Origin: Dicyema japonicum
Taxonomy: Eukaryota; Animalia; Dicyemida
Direction: 5' to 3'
Length of the DNA: 64,000 bases
NCBI GenBank assembly: GCA_011109175.1
Contig: RDEW01000001.1
Coordinates: 1,130,360-1,194,359, forward strand
The translations under genes and the position numbers were made by a program. Positions 35,881 to 46,109 of the stretch are shown here, one piece after another (position 1 is the stretch's first letter; each line of letters begins with the position of its first letter). The notes beneath the pieces were generated by a model. It made no database searches. It saw only the letters and a program-made list of their open reading frames with translations, and was not told the origin of the DNA.

Positions 35881-37899
35881 TCAGTCAATTACTTCAAAAG
35901 AATGTAAAAAGTCAATAACATCCCTAACACATTGGTTAGTAGAATCATCAGCATATATCTAATATTACAAAGCATTAAACCGTCAGATTAATGACCTCCA
36001 AAAACTCCATCAACATCTCCACCATCGTTCCAAAACACGATGGACCTAACAAACTCACGACCCGCCCACCAATTTGAGGATCAACCCGTATCAAACAGCC
36101 CATCAGCAAGGCAGAGTACACAGAGATTAGAGACTCATCCATGTGACTGCACGCCCTCGAGGCAGCTCTACTAAGCCGTCTTTCCCTCATAATGAAGGAG
36201 TCCTCCGACCGAGATTCGTCCGTCAATTCAGATTCTATCCTCATCGCGTGTTTAGCATGCCTCTCAAACACTCGAGCCTAAAATAGAACGTAATATTTAC
36301 CAGCTCTCCAAGATTATCACTCGAGGCAGAACCGGGATAGTCTAATGAAAGAATGCGAAGGGGGTTGTAGCTGTGGATATTCTCTACTAGGTTGTTCAAC
36401 AACGAGAAACCCTCAAATTAATTAAATGCCAACCAGAACACACAGTTCCATCTCAAAATGGTGAGGGAGTAAAGAGGGGAGAGAAAAGGCGGAGGTGAGG
36501 CCGATCCTTATTAAGCTTTGATCCAAAGATTCGGTCACTGTGATATTATTTAAACCTGAAAATCAAAAAAGACATGATTACAGTCTTCAGAAGTTAGCGT
36601 AACGGATAATTTAAGCAATCCAATGTAAAAGATGCAGTAAACCTCCTTCGTGGTGTTATCGATATAATGGTTGCTGTCAAAAAAGATTCGAACCAGATCA
36701 TTCAAGACTCTACAATAAATCGCCAATATTGGAGGCAAAAAAGGTTAATATGAACCTGTCTATATCAATTATTAGGGGGTATTTATTCTCAGAGTAGATT
36801 TCTGTGGAAATTTGAGTGGATAAGAACTACAGTGAGGATATTATAGCAAACATTGTCCATAACTGTGATGACCCCATATAGGCGCTTAACCAGGTCATGT
36901 TGACCAACCTGTCCCAGCACAACATTCTCTAGAAGTTCGTTCGCTAATAGAGATTAACAAATGGTTAACCTAATTCAATCAATTTAAAAATAAATTTGCG
37001 GGTATTTTCTCTAGTTAAAGTCTTTCTGAAGATCTCTTCGTAATTGAATGACTGTAATATTCTCAGGACGGTCATAGCAGCATCAATCGACTAAATGATG
37101 CAATTTTCGTACATTAGATTCAAAAGGGAGATCAGAGAATCTTCCCATGCCAGAGAGATCAACTGGTGGAGCATTTTTAGAAGAAATTACAAGTAGAACT
37201 GAATCCACCACAATATCAATAGATTCATCATCCACTTCTCTGCCAAATAAAGTTATTAGAATGTGGGACAAGAACGAGATTTCATCCTAAAAGTATAAAA
37301 GAGGAAAAAAACTGAGGACATTTCTGGATACTCGTTGAACTCTTTCATGATTTCAATGAGGTTCTGTTTTCCTGAGCTACTTTTAAAATCCTCTGTGACT
37401 TCCAATAGTCTTTGGGTCCGCTTAAGGTCGGGAACCTCCGCATCCTAATTTACATAAATTGGTGAATAAAATAATGGTGCCTATATTTTATTATGTTGGG
37501 GTTAGCCACAGTAAAAAATCTTTAGTTTCAAACCTCGATGTTCTCATTTTCCTGACCTCGTGCGTTGCGTTTCAAAGCCCTCAAATCTCGTTCGCTCAAA
37601 TTCTTGAGAGATTCTTTCTCAGTTTTTGCAGTGGAATTTTCTTTGTTTGATTTTTGTTTACTTAAAAAATTTTTTGATGCCATCTTTTTTATTTTCTGCT
37701 TGGGCACGGTATTTTCGCCATTTTCGAAAGAAAATGGGTCTTCTGTAAAATCTGATTTTTTGTAGATGTTGTTCATTTTCTCACTGCTTTCAATTTCAGC
37801 CCTCCATATTTTTTTGTTGGTTTTGGATGAACTTAAATGATTGATAGAGGCTTTCAGATATTCTGAAAAGTTCCTTTCTTGTCTTTTAGCCTTTGACAT
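35881..37899 (-). CDS. WAPL: Wings apart-like cohesin release factor; 10 introns (eight of 22-26 nt, plus about 46 and 89 nt)
   Basis: Continuous spliced ORF; C-terminal ACSHMDESLISVYSALLMGCL...FGTMVEMLMEFLEVINLT matches the WAPL signature; N-terminal DPFSF resembles the FGF motif. Confidence 0.8.
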
Positions 37900-38169
37900 T
37901 TTTCTAAAGTAAAATTTTAACAAACATCAACAAATGACAAAACCAACAAGAAAAATTGCCTTGTACCGCTGTATTTTATTTTAAAATATTGGTTCTCCAT
38001 TTAAAATCATAAAATATATAATCATTTTTAATTTAAATTAATATTTTTTCATTTAAAATCATCAATTTTTTTCTATATTATAAAATAAAATTTACATGTC
38101 CGTACCAGAAAGTATTATCTGACAAACAAGTTACCGAAATTATCACCGGATCGAAGAGCTCGTGGGCCT

Positions 38170-38560
38170 CAGAAAGCTAAAGTGAATATTCGGTGCCGCG
38201 TGGAGTTAGGAAGGGAAAAGAATTCCGCTGAAACTTTATTTGGTAATTTATGTTAAGCTAATAATTTATTCGTCTCCAAAACTGCCTTCATCCACCCAGC
38301 CAGGCATAAAATTACCTAGTCAAGTCACATGAAGAATCCTAACTGCCAATTTATCAAAATTTACTATCAACACTCACTCTTATATTATCAATCGATGATT
38401 GAAAATGATAAAACGTTGATTGCTAAACTTCATTAGGCCAGCATTAGCTTTGTGAACAACGAACAGGAAAATATTGTCATACGCAGAACCGAGACTTTAT
38501 AATCTAGACAACTTAAAGACTAACACCAACTATGGCTCTGAATACTAGAAACATTTGGAT
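38170..38560 (+). mobile_element. RTE APE fragment
   Basis: ANNLFVSKTAFIHPARHK matches NDLFIGNTAFMHPARHR at 54450. Confidence 0.65.
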
Positions 38561-38584
38561 CGGAATTCAACGACCGATCTTATT

Positions 38585-38925
38585 TAATTTATTAATCCCT
38601 AATACACCGAGAAAGAAGTTAGCAGTGAACAAGCAGTTAAATTATCCAGTTTCCACTGTTACAGAATAGAGTCCTTCAACGTCACACAAGTTCATCCTGA
38701 ACCAGCATAAAAGGTAAAAGACGTCCATTCCTTGCAATGTGGAAACTCCTCCAGTGGATTGGGGGAGAGCAAATGATCCTTTTTCATATTAGTCTGGCAC
38801 TGGGCGCCACCTGAGACAGGTGGATCATATGACGCCACTCTAGTAGGAAGTGGAGGAGGAACAGAAAAACAAACAGAAAGCTTCAATCAATTAGCCACAT
38901 AGCACCATATGGCGCTACGCAACGA
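38585..38925 (-). mobile_element. Ingi-derived SINE subfamily A, full length (pseudoknot at 38774-38836)
   Basis: Head CGTAGCGCCATATGGTGCT, pyrimidine tract, pseudoknot, tail CTTTCTCGGTGTATTAGGG(ATTA)n. Confidence 0.8.
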
Positions 38926-39224
38926 AAAAAATAAATTTTTAAACTAGCCACCTAAAAAATCATGGGATTTGATTCAGAAAATCATGTACGGAGCTTAAAA
39001 GGCGATCACAAAAGTGACTCATCTTAGGAGGAAACGAGGATATTGAAGTCTTTTGTAAAACAAAAAAAAGCAATATAAATACAATATCTAAACACAAAGA
39101 GCTTATGTACTGAGAGAACAATTTAACAAAAATAAGGAGAACAAAAGTATTAATGGTTTTTTGTTCTTTTGTTCTTTTTTATGATTTTGTCGAATCTTGG
39201 AATTTTGTTTCTAATCGCAATACG

Positions 39225-40440
39225 AATGTCATTTTCTGGAATCAGACGATTTCTGTATTTTTAATCACCAAAAAAGAGCTGAATCCTGATTCACACAAGT
39301 ATATCATTGCAAATAGAATAAGTTCATATAAAGCCTTTTGAGATAGTCGTGGATACATTTTCACTACTGAACTCCAAAACTCCTCCAATGTACAATTGTG
39401 GAGTTCTATTTGAAGTGTTTGTTTGAAGATCAATCAGATCTTCCATGAGTTCATGATCATCTGACATACTTTTCAGATTATACGAAAATGGGCTCAAAAT
39501 ACATTCCTCCGAATTATTTAGTTCTGTTCCGAAATATCCTTCAAAAGATTTGGACAATATGTCTAAATGAGACACATCTTCTTCACGAAGAGTAAGATTC
39601 ATTGACCATTTTTGGAAAATTCGCGAGATTGTAGGTGTCTATTCGCCGACGCCGAAGAGATAATTTATTTTTGAATACATTTATTTTTTCGCGACATTTG
39701 ATATGTTAACATCTGTCCCTTGAAGAGATAAACTCAATTTATTCACGTGAGTAAAAATTTCGCCCAAATAAGCAAGCATCTGGATAAATTCATGTGAATC
39801 CAAATCATGCAGCAAATCATGATCACGTTTATGAAAAAATAATTTTACTTCTCTTAACTCAAAAAAGCAGGTTAAGGCTAAACCTCGTGAAAGCCAGCTA
39901 ATTTCGGTGTGAAGTAATAAAATAGAATGATGGTTGCCAAGATCACTGAAAATTGTTTTAAAAATTTAATGGTTCAGAGCACGACCTCTTATCCAGTCAA
40001 TTATTTTTACAGTGGTGTTATCCAGTCAATTATTTTTCAATTATTTTTACAGTACATTTTTCAACATTGGGGAGAGTTTTAACAGCTAATACATAGCGAT
40101 GAAGAAAACAGTGTGTAATCCGTATATGTGGAATTTCATTCTTCAATAACTCAGCAAAACCGGACTTTTTCTTCAGCATTACTGGAACACTGTCTGTATA
40201 AACAGAGCCTATAGTCTTGATATCCAAATCATGCTTCATAAAAAACTTTTTAACAATGTTAATACATCTGTTCCTTTCGTGGTGATTTGTAAGTCTTCAC
40301 AAAACAAAAATCCTTCAAAGTACCTTCGTGAAAATACCTCACTGGTGCAATAAGTTCACAGAGACATCAGTTGATTCGTTCAACTGAAGAGATATATGGA
40401 AAGGACTTGATCTCTGTAATATTTGCGACAAAATATCGAC
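39225..40440 (-). mobile_element. hAT (Buster/ZBED8-like) transposase remnant
   Basis: SLQLNESTD, GSVYTDSVPVM, THCFLHRYVLA, HTEISWLSRG, YLCESGFS. Confidence 0.85.
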
Positions 40441-40771
40441 AAAAATTGTTCTTCCTGTGCACTCCAGAATAGCAGACAGAACCGTGTACGAGAGGATGAA
40501 CTGCTCATCGAGAATAAACGTGGAAGCTCGAGCTACGTGGCAACAGAGGAGTTCCTGATTCCGTGGAGGTTGTTGGTCAAGGACCTACAATATATTGGAT
40601 AGCGTGTCAGAGAAGGAAATGACTTAGACTACGGGAACTTGCTTGTACAAGGCAAGTGCTGAGGATGATTTCTCAATCAGAAACTTTCAAAGGAAGCGAG
40701 AATCCGTAAATGTCACAGCTTCTGTGATTTCTCTTTTGATTAAAAAGAATTTTTATTGGCACACGTTTTCA

Positions 40772-41105
40772 AGAGTGGCGTAGTATAACAGTTGCCGGAC
40801 AAGAGGTTTGAAGGTCCCTAGTTCGAATCCCGACACTGTAAATTTCGGTTAAAGGTTCCACGTATATCTATGCTCTGGCTTAACGAGAGACGCCGTCATC
40901 AGTGAACATTTCACTGAGGAACCGGATCGTCTATGAAGGACATACACCCAACAAAAAGAAAATAAAAGAAGTGAAGAGCGTTCCTTGATTCTCCCTCATA
41001 GATTAGCTATTATAACTGTTCTTTGCTTAAAATAAAATCTGTGTTCTGCCTGAGAGGAGCTATAACTGATGTGGCTCCTCGGAATGTGCAAATATTATTA
41101 TTTAA
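40772..41105 (+). mobile_element. tRNA-derived SINE, diverged copy
   Basis: TGGCGTAGT box A-like, AGTTCGAATCCC box B; core and 3' hairpin homologous to 6130-6450. Confidence 0.75.
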
Positions 41106-41248
41106 ATATTATGTGATTTTTTAAACTAAGCTTCGGTCGATGAGCAAAAGTGATTTATTTTAGTGGTTTGGTAAAGAAAGCAAATTTTGAAAATTTCACA
41201 ATTAAAACGATAAAAATAAAAAAAATAAATATTTAAATAATTTTGCAC

Positions 41249-42584
41249 ATGTCTGACGTGGATGTTGTTGATCCATGGAATGTGAAGAGCGGAGAAAGTG
41301 GAATAAACTACGACAAACTAATAGGTAGTACCGGTAAAGTAATAAAGACAAGTTTGGCTCCACCAAAATAACACGTGACCTGCTAAAAAAATTCGAAGAA
41401 GTCACCAACAAGAAATGTCATTTTCTTTTACGAAGACAGATTTTCTTCTCCCACAGGTTTCATATGGTTGAATTCCAGAGATCTGGACCTCATTCTGGAT
41501 CACTTTAACAGTGGAAAGAAGTTTTACCTTTACACAGGACGAGGACCATCCTCAGACGCCCTACACATCGGCCACATAATTCCTTTTATCTTCACAAAGT
41601 AATAACTTTCCTAATTTTAGGTGGCTCCAGGAGGTATTCGATGTCCCTCTGGTTATTCAACTCACTGACGACGAGAAGTTCCTTTGGAGAGATCTCAGTA
41701 TCGATCACCTTGAGAAAGTGACACGTGAAAATGCTAAAGACATTATCGCTCTTGGATTCAGTCCCAAGAACACGTTTATTTTTTCGGACTGGGGATACCG
41801 CAGGTTTTTCCGTGATTTACCGCAGTCAGTCTTTAGGATTCAACCACACTATCAGCAGAGTGGCTAAATTGACCACGTTTAACCAAGCACGTGCTATCTT
41901 CGGGTTCACGGACTCCGACAACATTGGCAAAATCTCCTTTCCTGCGGTTCAGGCAGCCCCAGCCTTTGTCCATAGCTTCCCCGTTCTCTTCCCGTCTGCT
42001 GATCCACATGGGACCATGTGCCTCATTCCTTGTGCCATTGATCAAGTATAATGTCTTTGACACGTGGGATCCCTTCTTCCGGATGACGAGAGATGTTGCT
42101 CCTCGGTTGAGGCATCCGAAACCTGCCATCCTCCACTCTCGATTCCTCCCGTCTCTGCAGGGGATAGATTCGAAAATGAGTGCGAGTGACCCCAACTCCT
42201 CCATATTCGTAAACGACTCTCCAAGGCCATTAAAAATAAGGTACCCAGGGTTAATTATTTTACTGATAATGAAATACGCCTTCTCTGGTGGTAGAGCCAC
42301 AGTGGAGGAGCACAGGAGATTGGGAGGGGATTGTGCAGTGGACGTGTCGCTACAGTATCTAGAACTCTTTATGGAAGACGACGACAAGCTGGAGGATATC
42401 AGATCTGTAGTGATGATTGACCATGTGATAGAGGTATGCAAGTGGAGACATGCTGACTGGGGAATTGAAAAATATTCTATGTGATATAATTATTCCATTT
42501 ATTGAGAATTACCAAGAAAGGAGGAGTAAGGTCACTGATGAGGATGTGGACATGTTTATGACTCCCAGGGAAATTAAATTGTGA
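41249..42584 (+). CDS. WARS1: Cytosolic tryptophanyl-tRNA synthetase; 7 introns of 22-25 nt, two lacking AG; 1-nt indel near 42221
   Basis: [41 protein letters not shown]|[33 protein letters not shown]. Confidence 0.95.
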
Positions 42585-43544
42585 AACGTTTTTTTGTTCA
42601 ATTTTTTGTTATTTGTCCTTGTTTGTTGCTAAGCGGTTTATTTGTCAGAAGTTTATGTTTTTTATTCTTTTATTCACGAATTGTCTACTTAGTTTTATGA
42701 TGAATGAATTATTGCTGCCATGTGTTGGTATTTTGAAGCTATGCTTTTTTGGCGGATCAGCTGATATTTATTATCTAATATCCTTTTTTCCTTATACCAT
42801 ATTGCTGAAATATGAGTAATTATAGTGTAGATTTACAGCAACGATTTTTTGTTTTTTTAATTTCTTTGTTGTTTAGGGCAGGCATGTCGAAGCAGTCGCT
42901 TCCTGTACAAAGGATTGTCATATAGTCGACGACACTGGACGCTTGCTTACCTCCCGTCATTAGAATGAGACCACCAGAGAATAGCATTGGATTTCTGTCA
43001 ATGGCGTCAAATTGACAGGTCACGGTTATGAGCTATCTATGTCGTTCATACACTTCAACTTTACGCTCTCCCTTATATACGAACGGTCCCAGAACAGTGA
43101 GGTGCGTGCTTCTACGTGTTTGGAGGAGCACTGGGCGCTTACGATGGAACTATTAAAAATCCAGTTAAATCTACACTAAGAGCAAATTAACTCTAGGTGG
43201 GGATATCTGTCTTCTATTTATCCTTTCCTGAGAAATTTACAAACTTCAGAGAGTTTTCAAAGAGGATTATGACAATGTTCGGTTCCACCTATGTGTTGAC
43301 AGTTGTTTACTTCATAAAATCAACTAAATCGTCTCATAACAAAACTGACTGATGAATACTTGTCACCTCTGATCAAGGTCGGAACTGTTAAAACATAAAA
43401 AAAGGCACCTCAGTACAGAGTAGAGTGAAAATAATTATTTTGAAAAATGATTACAATTGCTATATTTGGCGTCGCCGAGCATTATCGTAATATAGCCGTT
43501 GTGGTAGTCTACACTTCAATAAGATTACGGTGTTTTTCAGATTT

Positions 43545-43616
43545 GTTTGTGTGTCCCGTTTGTATACTCAAATTATCTTATGCGGCCCCTGGACTTTTTT
43601 GAGTTTGACAGGCCTG
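43545..43616 (+). mobile_element. Solo hAT terminus
   Basis: Reverse complement of 29263-29330, ending GTTTGACAGGCCTG. Confidence 0.65.
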
Positions 43617-44019
43617 GACAAGGGGACAAACCATTATCTATTTAACACTGCGAAACAGTTATGCTCATTAATTCATAGACATTGAGTTTTTTTAACTTCG
43701 TGTTCTTTTGTTTTTGTTTTTGTGTGAGTCCCTGAGAAATTTTATATTCAAAAACCGTATCCTGCTTCCCAAAATGTTTTTCAACTTCAAGTTCCCCTTG
43801 CTATGATGAAGAGGATCTCTCATCTCTCTTTAATTAAGTCAACCTCGAAGCTGTTTTAAACATACATTTGAAGACTATGGATGGCTTCAGACAACTTTTC
43901 CTGTTTGTTTTGAGGATTAGGAATTTTCGTACTTTCGGATACCGCATTAAGTGCATATTTGTTAACTCCTCGAAAATTTTGATGGATACGGTCCACAACT
44001 CTTTTCCTGACTAAATTTA

Positions 44020-44640
44020 TTTATGATGCCATCGGGAGCTGTGGACTTGTGGTAGGACCGATACATTAATTTTCCGGAAAGCAGCGCTAATCAGAAAGCA
44101 TATTCGAGACGTGTCTTTGAAAAAAAGGAGCACCTTGAGAGCACCGGGGATCGATCCATGTGGCTACCATCCACCGTCTACAGGTTAATCGCGGTCCGTT
44201 TCAAAAGGCATGCCTGTCTCAAAGTGACGTTGAAAAACGCACTTTCCTCTTCTTGCCACCACTACATTTTTGAGCCGACTGGTCTCACCCGAGACGACGG
44301 CAAACGCCCGACGGGATGACAACACTCCCTTTTGCTAATGGTCAGAACCTTGTTTGGGATGCTATATGTGTTGATACATACTCTCCGAAAAATTTGGTTG
44401 CTTCAGTCTGGGACCCAGGTCATGTTTTAAGCAAGCCGAGAATCAGAAGAGAAGGAAGTACTGAAGCATTACGGAGGATCACATTTTTTCCCATTTGTTG
44501 TTGAGACATCAGGAATCCTTGGCCAACAAGCGGACGATATAGTCCACCGAATCGGCTCAATGATCCAAAAGGTCACCAAGGATCCAAGTGAGAGCATGTC
44601 GTCAGAGAAAACCATATGGAAATTCAAGCTCCCTAAATTT
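44020..44640 (+). mobile_element. CRE-type RLE fragment
   Basis: EPTGLTRDDGKRP, LVWDAICVDTY, VETSG. Confidence 0.8.
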
Positions 44641-44679
44641 AAATTTATAATTAATTAGAATCTGTAAGAAATAATAATT

Positions 44680-46030
44680 TTTATTTATTTAACCCCAAGA
44701 ACACAAAAAAGGAAGTTTTCAGACTAATTATGTGATTCCGGTACTCTTTAAGATTGAAGCAATGTACATCCGGTGTTCCTCCAGTGTCTCCACTGTAGAC
44801 CAGAAATTACGCCGTTCTTCAAGAGTTTTTAAAGATGTGGACCTCTTGCCGAACGTGTGGTATTTTGCAACTACCAATGCCGATCCATAAAATTGTTCTG
44901 ACTGCTCGCTACATCGTTGGAGAAAACTGGCTCCACTTTTTAATTGTTGATGAATCATCAAATGAAGAAAAAGCCATTCACAGTGACCATTTGTGCGGGT
45001 CATTGCCAAATTAGGTTTTTTCATTTTTTAAATTAATATTATTTATCAGAAAAAAAAACAAATTGCAAACTGACAGCCAAAAAACAGAAGGCATTTCCGC
45101 GACCGATTGCAATCTTCAGGCGTTCACATGACCAAAGCTGCTACCGAAGATCTCCGAGCCTTGACGATATTGCACTTTCAATCTCTCGAGGTTTGGAATC
45201 TGAGAGGACGAAAGCTGAGGACATATTTGTATTCGATGTCGGCTTAAGAAGTTGATTGTGCATGAGAACCGAATATTCTTGTGACGGTCGACGCAGATAC
45301 GAAAATAATTCTTTTATGCAATCGTTAATTGGAACTCCTCTAAAATTGTGGGAGAATGATAATAATGGATTAAACGTTACTCCCAATATTTTAAGGTTCC
45401 CGCTTTAAGAGATAGGCTTTTTTGTAGCATAACATCCAAATCTTCATTCAATCTTTGATTACCGGAGAAGATCTTATATGAGGATCTCTCAAAAGAGACT
45501 AACAGTCGGTTCGATTCTAATCAGATTTCAAACTTCGCAAGAAAAGTCCGGACTTCTGTTGCGGCCTCGTGTTTAGAATTACTACGACATTTAATAATCA
45601 AGTCATCCCGTATGTTAACAGCAAGAAATTGATTTCCTCAAGATACGGCATATCGTGTAGAAATAGGTTAAAGAGAGCAGAAGAGAGGAGATCCTCGAAG
45701 GACTCTGTTAGGGGGGGGACAAATACGTTCGTACTTAGCGACCAGTAAGTAAACTTCATTTTAGGGTTAATCTCGATGTCTAATAAATTTCTAGTCAGTA
45801 TTTTTCTGGACATTGAGTCGAAGGCTGAATGTAACAAAGTCAGAAGATGAAGACTGAATGTGTTAAATGTTTTGATAATAAACTGTAGTGGGTTGATCCG
45901 TTTTGAAGTCATGTTAGAATCTGCGGGGTGGCATGTAAGGAAAGATCTTCCAGAAGACAAGTTTCTCTACGAGGCATGAGAGACTACATGGACATAGGGC
46001 GGTAGGAAACTGGCGGACGTCTTTGTTTAC
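44680..46030 (-). mobile_element. Ingi-like LINE remnants
   Basis: LSCLVEKLV, SAFDSMSR, ALFNLFLHDMP, ILGVTFNPLLSFS, GIT-stop tail. Confidence 0.7.
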
Positions 46031-46109
46031 CAGTCTTCGAAACAGATATAATAATCGATTTTTTTCATCCATATATTTTTTTTGTAAAAAAATTTTTATT
46101 AAAGAAAGA

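Noticed and set aside
39989-40055. Short tandem duplication TTATCCAGTCAATTATTTTT
   Set aside because: Local slippage inside a dead hAT transposase
41249-41330. TrpRS lacking an N-terminal WHEP domain
   Set aside because: Common outside vertebrates; not remarkable
41833-42441. 202-aa minus-strand ORF
   Set aside because: Antisense shadow of TrpRS
29263-43616. 14-kb composite hAT carrying WAPL and TrpRS between inverted termini
   Set aside because: Both are the same end type and the 8-bp flanks differ (CTCTAGTT vs GACAAGGG)
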